Assembly: GCA_963749495.1 (NCBI GenBank)
Contig: CAVVMW010000014.1
Location: 448,001 to 512,000 of the forward strand
Reading direction: 5' to 3'
From: an uncultured bacterium
Lineage (GTDB): Bacteria > Verrucomicrobiota > Verrucomicrobiia > Limisphaerales > UBA8199
Length of the DNA: 64,000 nucleotides
The notes under the pieces were generated by a model. It was not told the origin of the DNA. It saw only the letters and a list, made by a program, of their open reading frames with translations, and did not search any database. How positions within the stretch are numbered: position 1 is the stretch's first letter; every line of letters starts with the position of its first letter. The position numbers were made by a program, and so were the translations under genes. Shown piece by piece: positions 22,163 to 32,295 of the stretch.

Positions 22163-23299
22163 TCAGATATGCTTGTTGTCGCTCTCGTCCTTGACCGTGT
22201 AGCCCGAGTCCTGGCGCTGGAGGTTGACTACGTGCTTCTTGGTATAGGCTTCGAACAATTCATTAGGTGTCATCCCCATCACTTGCGCGAGCGAAATCAG
22301 GAAGTGCAGCAAATCCACGATTTCCACGCGGGCATTTTGTTTGTCGAATTTCTGGTAGTTCGCCCACCACTTCCATGGCACGCAGTCAACCAACTCCGCT
22401 AGCTCCTGGTCCACTGCCCGGCAGTAGTTCAGCATCCATTGCTGGCGCTGGGCGTCATCCATTTTATCCGTATCGACCCCGATCCGGCGGTTGAGCAATT
22501 TCTGGAGGTAAAATATCGCCTCCAATTTGTCAGGGTGCTTTTGGCAGTACGCGCTGAAAAGCTCTTCCGCAGTTTGGTCCAGCGGCAAATGCCCGCCCGT
22601 GCGCAACACTTCGGCCAGCGTGTCCACAACGCGCGGCTCAAGCCGCAGGCCACGATACGCCGCAACCGTTTTCTCGACGTTGTAGGCAGCCCGGCGCAGG
22701 GTGACCTCGCCGTCGTCCCATATTGCGTATGCCGCGCGCGGGTCGCCGTCTTTGGGCTGGCCGACGCTGCCGGGGTTAACCACGAGCGTCCGGCGGAAGC
22801 GCGTCTTCATCGGCAGGTGCGTGTGACCGAGAAACAGGAAGTCCGGGTATTTCACGGTATTCAATTCCGACTCCCAGAGCGTGACCGGGCTGTTTTCCGG
22901 CAGGTAAAGATAGAGCGGGTCCGCGGGCACGGCGTGGCAAGCCACACATATAGCGGAATCAAGCTGGAATCGTTGCAAAGGCTGCAGCCCGGCCAGGAAT
23001 TGTTTCATCTCTGCCGTCAGGACTTGTTGGCTCGCCGCCTGGGTAGCCGCTGCCAGCGCCTGGTAAGCTGCCGAGGAGCGAGAACCCTCGTCCAGTGCAA
23101 CAGCGCGGTCATGGTTGCCTTGCACCAGCCAATCGGGGGTAAGGCTCTGCATCGCCCAGGCCACGCATTCTGCCGGCTGCGGCCCGTAGTTGACCAGGTC
23201 CCCCAGGCACAGAATCTGGTCAATCTGCGGTTCGGCGGCCAAGACAGCTTGCAGGGCGGGCCAGTTGCCGTGAACGTCCGAGATAAGCAATATCTTCAT
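22163..23299 (-). CDS. Calcineurin-like metallophosphoesterase fused to all-alpha dimeric dUTPase
   Basis: N-terminus has SDVHGN, LGDLVNYG, GNHD, GHTH and NPGSVGQPKDGDPRA. C-terminus has ELAEL...WKWW...VEIVDLLHFLIS...NLQRQDSGY (dUTPase_2-like). Confidence 0.88.
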   Translation of the reverse strand: MKILLISDVHGNWPALQAVLAAEPQIDQILCLGDLVNYGPQPAECVAWAMQSLTPDWLVQGNHDRAVALDEGSRSSAAYQALAAATQAASQQVLTAEMKQFLAGLQPLQRFQLDSAICVACHAVPADPLYLYLPENSPVTLWESELNTVKYPDFLFLGHTHLPMKTRFRRTLVVNPGSVGQPKDGDPRAAYAIWDDGEVTLRRAAYNVEKTVAAYRGLRLEPRVVDTLAEVLRTGGHLPLDQTAEELFSAYCQKHPDKLEAIFYLQKLLNRRIGVDTDKMDDAQRQQWMLNYCRAVDQELAELVDCVPWKWWANYQKFDKQNARVEIVDLLHFLISLAQVMGMTPNELFEAYTKKHVVNLQRQDSGYTVKDESDNKHI

Positions 23300-24208
23300 A
23301 ACTCGCTACCACAATGAATGCGGTCTGTTTCGCAGCGTTGTGCCATTACCTGCTCCATTAAGTCTCCGATGCTCTGCTGCTGTGCGGGCGGGAACTCCAC
23401 CCGGATTGTTTCGCCGCCGCCTGCCGCGCGGATTTCCAGTTCGAGCTGGGCCAACCGGTCGTTGGCCCGAACCCGGTAACTTTCCAGCCGAGACAGCGGA
23501 CAGTAAGTTACGACGTCGCCGTACTTGTCGGACCGACCGACACGCAACCACGACCAGGTTTTCTCGTCCGAAATCAGAATCAACTCGCGCTCGGTGAGCA
23601 CCAGCATGGCCTGTGGCGCCAGCTCACGCTCAAACCATCGCCTTGCTCTGCCCCTAACGGCTGGCCAGGGCCGCGCGGCCAAGACGCGTTGCGACAAGGG
23701 CCTGAATTCGTGGACAGCATTCCAGAACCTCAACGGTGTCCCCTGAAGCAGCGCATTTAGGCTTCTGTCCTCTATGGGAATGGTTCCGCGGACTCCACTC
23801 ATGCCATCCAACACCTGCCGCGCCGCCTCCCTGTAAACCCGTTCCATGACTGCATTGAATTCGATCATCGCCGACTGCGTGACCCCATCGGTCGCGTAAT
23901 CGAGTTTCAGCCGTCCATAGAGCAGAATCACGGTCAATTCCACGAGCATCGTGTCAACGAAGGCAGCGCGCGCGAGGCGAGGCGGCATTTCTTCCGCGCC
24001 GCTCACAAGCACCCATTCGTCATCGAGCACGGCCAGCAGAGTCGCGGGCGAACACTGGCCGAGCGTTTTGGCGGCTGGGCCGAAGATCATCAACTGGAGC
24101 CGCTGGCCGCCCTCCAGCGCGGCTGACATGGCGCTGCGCAGCGGTTCGGGGGCTTCTTCCACCGTACCTAAGCCGGCAGGCAAATCTATCCCAAAGGAAT
24201 TTCTTCAT
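23296..24208 (-). CDS. Hypothetical protein (possibly PH-like domains); probable start MKKFLW at 24208 with frameshift near 24180
   Basis: 295-aa ORF whose stop overlaps the phosphoesterase start; no recognisable catalytic motif. Confidence 0.6.
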
Positions 24209-24253
24209 TGGATTTGGCGCTCTCTGCGCGGATGGCGGCTCGCGTCGCCTTTT

Positions 24254-24297
24254 CGCACTCCGCACTCCGCATTCCGCACCGCGCACTCCACACTTCG
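24254..24297. repeat. Degenerate heptamer tandem repeat (CCGCACT-like)
   Basis: cgcactc cgcactc cgcattc cgcaccg cgcactc cacactt, intergenic. Confidence 0.7.
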
Positions 24298-24309
24298 TTG
24301 AGCCATGTT

Positions 24310-26352
24310 TCACCTTCCTGCCGCCGGTTCTGCGGCCGGATATGTCGCCAACCGTCTCAGGTCGGCTTCAACGCTCGTCACGTCAGTTTCGGCGACGGCA
24401 GTGGCTGCCCGCGCTTCCAACTGGGCACTCAGCAGCCCGGCGCGGGCCGCAAACGCATCTCGAAGTTCCAACAACGATTGTCGAAACCACTGCCGCACTT
24501 GCCGGCGGTAGGAATTGAGCAAGTCTGGCAGTGTCTCACCAAGGTGTTGTTCCAATCGCGAGCGGGTGTGGCGGCGCAAGACCGCCGCGCCCAATGACGA
24601 CAGCAACACGGGTCGTTTCAGAACGAGGTTTTGGGTGAACGCCTCGGTGTCGGCGATCGGCGCGCCCGCAGGCGGGGGCAGTTGCTCGGACGTGTCTATT
24701 GCCAACCGCAGTGCCTGGTGAGCCAGTTGCAGTGCCTGGCCCAGTTGCCACCTCATCGAAGACAACTGTCTCACCAATTTCGCCACCCTTTCCGCCAGGA
24801 CCCGGTGCATGGAAAGCGACATTCCCTTGGCGATGGCCGCGCTTTTTCCCCCGGCGGAGAGCCAGAAGTCCGCGAGGTCTGCCGCCGCAGCCTCGATGAG
24901 GTCGTCGGCCAGCGTGGAGAAGCCGTCCACGATGGCGTCACCCTCCCGCTGCGCGGCCTCCAACAGGGCGTCGGCTTTCCGCACGGCGGCCAGGGCCTCC
25001 TGGACGCACTGGCCGGACGGCGCTGGGGACACGTGGGAACTGCGTTGGAGGCGGCTTTCGAGAACCGCGATGACCGCTTCGCGCAACGCGCCCACTTTGC
25101 GTTTCTGCGCGGCAGCGGCTTGCTCGAGACGCGATTCGACCAGCGGCATCAATTCCTCTTCCAGCCATTCGTCGCAGAGAGCGGCACTTTCGCCGAGCAC
25201 GCTAACGAAGTGCGCCCGGAGTTTCAGGTTCGCTTGTGCGGAGAGTTGACGCTCGACGTAATCGCCGGTCTGCCGGCGCTCGGCAGCCCCCAGCAGATCC
25301 GCTTTGCTCACCAGCACCATCGCCTGTGCACCCGACTGGTAGAGGGCATGGACAATGGTCAAATCCTCGTGGGTGATGGTCGAGCCGGCGTCCACCAGCA
25401 CGATGCCCAGGTCGCACCGCGGCAAATAGGCAGCCGTCTCTTCGGCGCCAGCCGTAGCGAGCGAACCCAGTCCCGGCGTATCGACGAATGTCACCCCCTC
25501 GCGCAATCGCGGCGAGGGCAGTTGCGCGCTAATGCGTACGACATGCTTGGCATTCCCTGGATTCTGCTGTTCCGTTACAAACTCCGCCAGACGAGAAAGT
25601 TCGACCACTTGCGGCTTGCCTTCGGCAAACGCGATAATGGCCCGAGCTTCGGCGCCGTAGCTCACCCGGGTGGAAAAGCCGTCACCGGGGTGACGCCCAC
25701 GGGTAAAACCGTGTTCCCCAGCAGATAGTTCAATAGCGACGACTTGCCCGAGCTGACGCGTCCGAATACCCCGATTTCAAAGACCTGGTTTTCCAACCTC
25801 TCCAGCAACATCGCCAAGGCGCTGCGAAATTCGATCAAGCCGTGGGCCGTGACCACGCGCTCCAATTCGCGCAGGAGCCTGGCCTGATCGGTCGTTTTCT
25901 CCAGCCGCGCAAGGCGAGCCTGCAGGTCGGCATCCGGACCCTTGTTCCAGTAAGCGATAAGCCGTTCGAGCGTTGCGTTCAACTCGGCGACCACTTCGTT
26001 GATCGCCTTGACGTCCTCCTCGCTCAAAACGCCGTAGCCGCGCATGCGCTGCGGCTCCATTTCCGCCACCGCAATCTGAGCAAACGTGAATCGCCCGCCC
26101 GCAGCCCACATCGCTCCGCACACGGGAGTGGGCCGGGGCAGTCGGAGGTCGGTCAGGGCACGGTTCATCGCCTGCCGCACCCGCTCGATGTAGTCGTGCA
26201 ACACCTTGCGCTGCACGGGAGTTGAATCCTGGGTGTATTCCGCGAAAGGGGACGTTCGAGCCGGCGGTTGCCAGAATGTGCTCGGCTTCGGACAGGAGAT
26301 TGTCGATGTGCCGGAACGTGGTGAGCAGGTGTCGCTCGTGATTCTCGTTCAT
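24310..26352 (-). CDS. Bacterial dynamin-like GTPase (DLP-A) with N-terminal helical extension, frameshifts near 26250 and 25670
   Basis: G1 GRVSSGKSS, G2 LPVGVTPVT, G3 DTPGLGS, G4 SKAD distributed across three ORFs. Confidence 0.88.
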
Positions 26353-27089
26353 GTCAGGGGGAAGATCTCGTGGATGCGCCGATCCAGATCGAGACGCCGG
26401 AGGGCGTAAGGATTGCTGAGATCGTACTTGCCGGTTGCCAGTTCTTCAAAGAGCTCCCGCAGCACCAGTGGGCTGCCTGCTGATCTCCGGTGCAGCCACT
26501 CGACAATGGTGGCCGCCTCAGGGGGAATGAGGGCCGCCTTCAGCGCCGCCTCGACCATTTCCTGCGTCTCCGACAAATGAAACGGGTGCAACTCAACTCG
26601 AGCAAACCGCACCAGCATCGGCCAGAAATGGCCGATGTCCCACGAATGCTCCGAACGCGCGCAAATCCAGACCGGCGCCCCTTGAGCGATGCGCTCGAAG
26701 AACGAACTCAGTTTGGGTGTGGTCCAGCCGACCCCATCAAAAACAACCGTCCTGCCCGCCGCGCGCAGCGATTCCCGCAGCCGCTGCTTGCGCTGGAGGA
26801 GCTTCATCTCCGCGGCATCCAACCCCAGTTGCGGTTCGAGGCTGTCGCAAATCTCTCCCCAATGTGCCGATTTGGGTGAAACCAGCAGCGCGAGGGAATC
26901 GCGCAGATGCGCAACCAGTGCCGACTTCCCGACGCCGGCCTGGCCAAGAATGAGCGCATGCTTGTGTTCCGCACACAGTTCGCAAAGCCGCGCCATTTCT
27001 TTGCGCCGCGCCGCGAATGGAAGAGATATGAGAATGTGACCCGACGTTTCCGCTGGCCTCTTGCTCAGGACTTGTTTCGGCGTTGCCAT
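26349..27089 (-). CDS. P-loop ATPase (AAA/STAND-like)
   Basis: Walker A GQAGVGKS, Walker B-like TVVFDG, SAGSPL (GxP) motif; stop overlaps the DLP-A start. Confidence 0.8.
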   Translation of the reverse strand: MATPKQVLSKRPAETSGHILISLPFAARRKEMARLCELCAEHKHALILGQAGVGKSALVAHLRDSLALLVSPKSAHWGEICDSLEPQLGLDAAEMKLLQRKQRLRESLRAAGRTVVFDGVGWTTPKLSSFFERIAQGAPVWICARSEHSWDIGHFWPMLVRFARVELHPFHLSETQEMVEAALKAALIPPEAATIVEWLHRRSAGSPLVLRELFEELATGKYDLSNPYALRRLDLDRRIHEIFPLT

Positions 27090-27120
27090 AACTCACTACC
27101 GTTGCGAACAATATCGTTTC

Positions 27121-27187
27121 GGTAGGAGTCGTCAGCCCAAGGGCGGTTTGCCCCGAACCCGTTCGGGGGCAGGCAAACTCCATTGCC
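27121..27187 (-). ncRNA. Fluoride (crcB) riboswitch, internal copy
   Basis: GGCAATGGAGTTTGCC...AAACCGCCC-TT-GGGCTGACGACTCCTACC; matches the crcB consensus, with pseudoknot GGAGU/ACUCC. Confidence 0.9.
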
Positions 27188-27223
27188 TTTGACACACTAT
27201 CACCCGTTAGCGGCGGACAGGAA

Positions 27224-28525
27224 CTACCTCCGGCTCCCGAACAATGCGCCTCCGTATTGCGCCTTCTTGCCCAGCTCCCGCTCGATGGCCAGCAGCCGGT
27301 TGTATTTGGCGATGCGTTCGGACCGGCACGCCGACCCTGTCTTGATCTGCCCCGCGCCCGTCCCCACCGCAAGGTCCGCGATAAACGCGTCTTCGGTCTC
27401 GCCCGACCGATGCGAAATCACAGCGCCGTAACCGGCCTTCTGCGCCATCGATACTGTCTCCAGTGTCTCGGACACGGTGCCGATCTGATTCAGTTTGATC
27501 AGGATTGCGTTGGCGATTCCATCGCGGATGCCCTCCGCGAAGATTTTCGGGTTGGTCACGAAGTTGTCATCGCCCACGAGTTGCATCTTCCTGCCCAGCG
27601 CCTTCGTGAGCGCCTTCCACCCCTCGCGGTCCTCTTCGCCCATCCCGTCCTCCAGCGAGACGATGGGATATTTCCTCGCCCACTCGGCCCACAACGCCAC
27701 CAGCTCCGCAGGCGTCTTGCGCGACCCGTCCGATTTTTTCATCACGTAAGCGCCCTCGTCCCAAAACTCGCTGGCTGCCGGGTCCAGGGCGATGGCAATT
27801 TGTTTGCCCGCCTGGTAACCCGCCGTTCCGATAGCCTCCAGAATCACGTCCACCGCTTCCGTGTTGGTCTTTAGGTTCGGCGCGAAGCCACCCTCGTCGC
27901 CAACGGCCGTCACCAACCCGCGTTTCTGCAAAAGCTTCTTGAGCGTGTGAAACGTCTCCGTCCCATACCGCAGCGCCTCGGCAAACGTCGGCGCCCCAAT
28001 CGGGAAGAGCATGAATTCCTGGAAATCCACATTGTTGGTCGCATGCGCCCCGCCGTTCAGGACGTTCATCATCGGCGCAGGCAGCACATAGAGCGCGTTC
28101 TCTTCCCCGCCGAAAAGCCTCCGAATGTGCGTGTAGAGGGGCGAAGCCGACTCCGTAGCCGCCGCCCGGCACGCCGCCATCGAAACGCCCAGAATGGCAT
28201 TCGCTCCCAGCTTCGCTTTGGTCTCCGTCCCGTCCAGCTCGCACATCATTCTGTCAATCTCCTTTTGCTCCTGCGGCGATTTCCCCTGCAGCCTCGGCGC
28301 AATCACCGTGTTGACGTTCGCCACCGCTTTCAACACACCCTTGCCGCCATACCGCTTCGGCTCCTGGTCCCGCAACTCCACGGCTTCCCGGATGCCCGTG
28401 GAGGCGCCCGATGGGACGCTCGCCGACGCTGTAATGCCGTTCGACAAAACGACCGTTACCGAAACGGTCGGATTGCCCCGCGAGTCGAGAATTTCCAATG
28501 CGCTGATGTTTTCTATGGTGTTCAT
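27224..28525 (-). CDS. eno: Enolase (phosphopyruvate hydratase)
   Basis: [46 protein letters not shown]. Confidence 0.97.
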   Translation of the reverse strand: MNTIENISALEILDSRGNPTVSVTVVLSNGITASASVPSGASTGIREAVELRDQEPKRYGGKGVLKAVANVNTVIAPRLQGKSPQEQKEIDRMMCELDGTETKAKLGANAILGVSMAACRAAATESASPLYTHIRRLFGGEENALYVLPAPMMNVLNGGAHATNNVDFQEFMLFPIGAPTFAEALRYGTETFHTLKKLLQKRGLVTAVGDEGGFAPNLKTNTEAVDVILEAIGTAGYQAGKQIAIALDPAASEFWDEGAYVMKKSDGSRKTPAELVALWAEWARKYPIVSLEDGMGEEDREGWKALTKALGRKMQLVGDDNFVTNPKIFAEGIRDGIANAILIKLNQIGTVSETLETVSMAQKAGYGAVISHRSGETEDAFIADLAVGTGAGQIKTGSACRSERIAKYNRLLAIERELGKKAQYGGALFGSRR

Positions 28526-28544
28526 ATCGAGTCCTGTTCTGTGG

Positions 28545-29015
28545 TTATTCAATTTCACCGGGACTGGTTTGGTCCCCGGGAAGTTCATCGGGCTGTTTGA
28601 CGATGAGCACGCTGCAATGGGCGTGGTCACTAATCCGGTCCGCCGTGTCGCCGAGCAGGCGTCCCCAAAGCTCCGAGTGATCGCTGTGGCCGACGACGAT
28701 GAGGTCGTAGCCGGCGCTGTTGGCGAAGGTCACCATTACCTTGGCGGCATGGCCGGCGCGGCTCTCGCAGCCGATGGCGATGCCAAAGCGTTGGGCCACC
28801 TTCTCGACTTCGTGCTTGCGCTCCTGGAAGTAATCGCGCGCGGCATCGGCTTCGCCTTCCGCTTCCCCGGGCAAGTCCGCATGGCGCGGCAGTGGCTGCC
28901 GCACCCAGAGCGCCGTCAATTGCCCGCCGCCCTCACGGGCCAGTGCCGCCGCGCGTTCCAGCGCCGCCCGCCCGCCTTTCGATCCGTCGTAACCGACCAG
29001 GATTTTCCGGAACAT
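28545..29015 (-). CDS. Universal stress protein (USP)
   Basis: [37 protein letters not shown]. Confidence 0.92.
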   Translation of the reverse strand: MFRKILVGYDGSKGGRAALERAAALAREGGGQLTALWVRQPLPRHADLPGEAEGEADAARDYFQERKHEVEKVAQRFGIAIGCESRAGHAAKVMVTFANSAGYDLIVVGHSDHSELWGRLLGDTADRISDHAHCSVLIVKQPDELPGDQTSPGEIE

Positions 29016-29022
29016 AATCGCT

Positions 29023-30243
29023 TCACTTTCCCAGGGGCTGAGGTTGGACTTTCACCCTGCCGTTGAGCTTCCGCTGATAAAGCCGGCCCCAGGCCTGCAT
29101 CGTCCGCCGGGACGGCTCGAAGAACTTCGGCGCGATGACGGTGGGCACAAACGCGCTCAGAATGACGACCGTGACGAGGATGGAATACTGCTTCTGGTCA
29201 ATGATCCTGTTTTGCAGCCCGAACAGGGCAGAGATTGTGCCGAAGGTCAGGCCTGTGGACATGAGCAGCGTCGTGTAATTGGCCTCTCGCGGCCGCATGA
29301 AGTATTTCCGGCACAACGGCAGCACGCCCACGAGCTTGGTGGCCATCTTGAGCGCCAGGAGCGCCAGGATAACGCCCGAGGCCGCCGCCAGCGCGCGGAG
29401 CGACACGAACGAACCGGCGCGGATGAAGTAAAAAGGGGTGAAGACCGCGAAGGCGATGCTGCGCATCCGGTGCACCAGTGTCTTGTCGCGCAGGAACACA
29501 CCGGCCACAACCAGGCCGAGGAGGTAGGCGGGGAGCACCGCCTCGCTCTTGGCCGTCAAGGCCAGCCCGCCCAGGAAGAAGAGCACGAGGAAAATGAACT
29601 TAATCTCCGGCTCGCTCGCCCGGGTGGCCCCCAAGCGCACGACGATGTACTGGGTCCACCTGGGCATAAACCACAGCGTCACGCAGGTAACGATGACGAA
29701 CACCAGCAGCCAGACGTTGAAATTGGCGAAAATGAGGCCCAGTGCCAGCACTGTGCCAAGGTCGTTGATGAAACACGCCGCCAGAATCATCTTGCCCAGG
29801 GCCGTCTCGCCTTGCCGCGTCTCAATCATCACGGCATAGACCACGGCGACGGAAGTCGTCGAGAGGGCTATGCCGGCGATTTGGGCCTGGTGAAGGGGCC
29901 AGCCGAGGGCAAACCGCGCGAAGGCCCAGACTCCCGCGAAGGGCAGGAGAAATGCCGCAGTGCCGATGGCCATGCTCGCGCGCAGGTTGGCCCGGAGGGA
30001 TACCGGGTCAATCTCCGCTCCGGCCAGGAAGGTCAGCACGCCACTGCCGAGCATGGCCAGGAAATTGGTCCAATCGGTGGAGCGCAGCAGTGGTTGGCCG
30101 CCGCCCAGGTGGAGGTTGCCCGCAACGACGCCGACGAAGATCTCGGTCAACGCCACCGAGATGCCCAACCGAATCGAGGTGAGGCTGGCTACCAACGCCA
30201 ACCCCATCCAGAGTGCTGCAATAAACCAGATATTCTCAGACAT
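29023..30243 (-). CDS. CPA2-family cation:proton antiporter
   Basis: Multi-TM protein; FLAGAEID, IALSTTSVAVV, ACFINDLG. Start MSENIW at 30243 with a Shine-Dalgarno (SD) site. Confidence 0.9.
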   Translation of the reverse strand: MSENIWFIAALWMGLALVASLTSIRLGISVALTEIFVGVVAGNLHLGGGQPLLRSTDWTNFLAMLGSGVLTFLAGAEIDPVSLRANLRASMAIGTAAFLLPFAGVWAFARFALGWPLHQAQIAGIALSTTSVAVVYAVMIETRQGETALGKMILAACFINDLGTVLALGLIFANFNVWLLVFVIVTCVTLWFMPRWTQYIVVRLGATRASEPEIKFIFLVLFFLGGLALTAKSEAVLPAYLLGLVVAGVFLRDKTLVHRMRSIAFAVFTPFYFIRAGSFVSLRALAAASGVILALLALKMATKLVGVLPLCRKYFMRPREANYTTLLMSTGLTFGTISALFGLQNRIIDQKQYSILVTVVILSAFVPTVIAPKFFEPSRRTMQAWGRLYQRKLNGRVKVQPQPLGK

Positions 30244-30273
30244 AACTCCCACCTCGCCACATCCTGTGGCGCT

Positions 30274-30349
30274 GGTAGGAGTCATCAGCACTGAAACCGT
30301 TCAGGCGGTTTTCCCCGAAGCCCTTGAGGGGAAGGCAAACTCCATTGCC
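30274..30349 (-). ncRNA. Fluoride (crcB) riboswitch, leader of the antiporter operon
   Basis: GGCAATGGAGTTTGCC...AAACCGCC...GCTGATGACTCCTACC; a putative TTGCCA-17 bp-CAGAAT promoter lies just upstream. Confidence 0.92.
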
Positions 30350-30442
30350 ACAGTAATTCTGGCCCGCAATGCCCACGCTGGCAACTAAAATCGTGCCGGC
30401 CTGGTAATCGGTCAGTGAAGGCGGGAACGGAGTCCCCTGCGA

Positions 30443-30588
30443 ACCCCTCACCCCAGCCCTCTCCCCTCCGAGGGGAGAGGGAGGATTCTCGTCAGCGGCT
30501 TGAGCAAGCGGAGGCGCCTGGAGTTCAAAGAGACTGCCGGCGCTTCCCCCTCTCCCCTTCGGAAGGGGAGAGGGCCGGGGTGAGGGGT
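30443..30588. repeat. Inverted pair of CCCCTCACCCC..CCCTCTCCC REP-like palindromes
   Basis: acccctcaccccagccctctcccc...ggggagaggg followed by its reverse complement. Confidence 0.75.
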
Positions 30589-30716
30589 CTGCCCGTGACA
30601 CTCCCGCCTTCAGTGAGGCCTTACCTGGCCTGCAAGTCTTGATCGGACAGATCTCGGTGCGCGGCACGACTTCGGCCGGATCCGAAGCTGGCGCCCGGGC
30701 ACGCCGGAACCGACGG

Positions 30717-30778
30717 CTAGAGATCGCGATAGACTTCTGAACGATGCTGAACCCTATAGACGCGATTTGGAAGGACAT
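30717..30778 (-). pseudogene. RelE-like toxin remnant (internally deleted)
   Basis: MSFQI start followed, out of frame, by the RelE-type tail YRVQHRSEVYRDL*. Confidence 0.55.
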
Positions 30779-30957
30779 GGCAAGTGACATGGCTTCCATG
30801 GCCTGAATTTGCCCGCGAGATCATCCTTGCGTGCTTGCCGCAGCTCGCGCATGAGGCGAGGATTTCTTGCCATTAACCAATCCTCCAGTTCATCCAGAGT
30901 GTCCACCGATTCCAGAACCTTGGTCGGAATCTCAATGGGTTCCCGGGGCGTTTTCAT
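30754..30957 (-). CDS. Putative antitoxin
   Basis: 67 aa; LDELEDWL...ARKDDLAGK resembles RelB/Phd-type C-termini; upstream of the RelE remnant. Confidence 0.55.
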   Translation of the reverse strand: MKTPREPIEIPTKVLESVDTLDELEDWLMARNPRLMRELRQARKDDLAGKFRPWKPCHLPCPSKSRL

Positions 30958-30970
30958 ATCTTCCGCCAGT

Positions 30971-31294
30971 CTAACGCGAGCCGGCTGTCAATTCAAGCGC
31001 AAGCATGGCCTTTCCGGTGACCTCCCCAAGCCGCCCTATCCTGTGCCCCCGAAGAGAAACGACCACGTGGTCCCCCATCTGGATTCGGTCGATCAAGCCC
31101 CGAGTTCGATGCCAGCCACCGTGTTTGGACTCCCACCTCGTTGCCTGACCCACGGTTGCGCGCTCGCCCCTCAGCCGCCATCCCTGCTTCCCCACCCAGC
31201 CCACGGCTACGCATTGGTTCACGAACCAGTGCTGCCACATGCCGGGGTAGGAGTCCTCCATACAATGAACTTTCCACAGTCGTTCAATGCTCAT
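30971..31294 (-). pseudogene. Truncated N-terminal domain of restriction/Mrr-like type
   Basis: W...CVAVGW...IQMGDHVVV...GRLGEVTG pattern, ending abruptly. Confidence 0.35.
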
Positions 31295-31436
31295 GAATCC
31301 GAGCGTGTGGATAGCTGAACCGTGGGGTCAAGCGGTTGTGGGGCTTTGTTTGTAGTGGCGCGGTGTTCCGCAGGCAGCTCGTCTTGGCGCCCGTCAGGGA
31401 TTGACACGCCATTCCGGCAGCCTATCGTGAGGCTGT

Positions 31437-31718
31437 ATGGCAACCAAGACTATCCGGGTGGCGCTGCCGGACGAGTTGAGCGGCTTCGTTCAGCGTGCGG
31501 TCAAAGGTGGACGATATCAGGACGCGAGCGAAGTCGTTCGCGAGGCCCTTCGCCGGATGGAAGCGGCCGAGTTGGCGGAAGAACTTAGACAATTCGAACA
31601 CGCCTTTGCGGGGGGACACGACCGGGCTGAGACCGAGGAAGAAATCCAGCGCGTGGAATCCGCCGTGCGAGACGGTCGCAAGAGGAGATCGCCGTCGTTT
31701 ACGATACGGCAGTCGTGA
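31437..31718 (+). CDS. ParD/CC2985-like RHH antitoxin
   Basis: IRVALPDELSGFV...GRYQDASEVVREALR. Confidence 0.8.
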   Translation: MATKTIRVALPDELSGFVQRAVKGGRYQDASEVVREALRRMEAAELAEELRQFEHAFAGGHDRAETEEEIQRVESAVRDGRKRRSPSFTIRQS

Positions 31719-32101
31719 TCAGCGCGATCGGCTGGCGTGGCCCCGCCCACCGTTGCCTGGCGCTGGTCGCCTGGCGGCGCCGCAGGCTGCTACTCTCGGC
31801 TGACATCAACGCCGAATATGGATCGCGCGTCCCCGCTGTGCTCGCCCAAGAGGCGCCGCAGCCAAACGCGCTTGGCGCACTGGCCTGGATCCGGGCCAAA
31901 GCTCTCTGGGTGGAACCTGCGCCGCTGGGCAAGCAGCGCTCGCGGGACATCAAAGACGAGCGGTTCATCGCGGCGGCGCTGGCCGGCAGCGCCAAGGCGA
32001 TTGTCAGCTACGACAAAGACCTGCTGGCCCTCCATAAGCCCTTCGGCCTCCCCGTCATGCGGCCGGCCGCCTTTCTGGTTTGGATGGAACCCCGCCACTA
32101 A
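31688..32101 (+). CDS. PIN-domain toxin (PIN_3-like); start codon apparently damaged
   Basis: IAVVYDTAVVISA...RDIKDERFI...IVSYDKDLL. Confidence 0.78.
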   Translation: MAVVYDTAVVISAIGWRGPAHRCLALVAWRRRRLLLSADINAEYGSRVPAVLAQEAPQPNALGALAWIRAKALWVEPAPLGKQRSRDIKDERFIAAALAGSAKAIVSYDKDLLALHKPFGLPVMRPAAFLVWMEPRH

Positions 32102-32150
32102 AGCGAGCCCCGCTGCTCGGGGCGCATTTGGCCGTCGCCCAGGTGGCGGT

Positions 32151-32295
32151 GGGCGCATTCGCGAGTGCTTGGTGCCCAGGCGGAGCGCCGACTTGCAGTC
32201 GGCTTAGACCGGACCAAGAGCAACGAATTCGGAAACGGGGTACGCGCAAAGCCGACTGCAAGTCGGCGCTCCACCAAGCACTCGCGAATGCGCCC
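32151..32295. mobile_element. MITE with 24-bp TIRs, 10-bp target duplication and an internal REP pair
   Basis: GGGCGCATTCGCGAGTGCTTGGTG ... CACCAAGCACTCGCGAATGCGCCC, flanked by AGGTGGCGGT (32141-32150 and 32296-32305). A solo TIR lies at 32601-32624. Confidence 0.85.

Noticed and set aside
30380..30400. Sigma-54 promoter (GGCAC...TTGC) upstream of the riboswitch
   Set aside because: GG-GC spacing is 13 nt, not the required 10.
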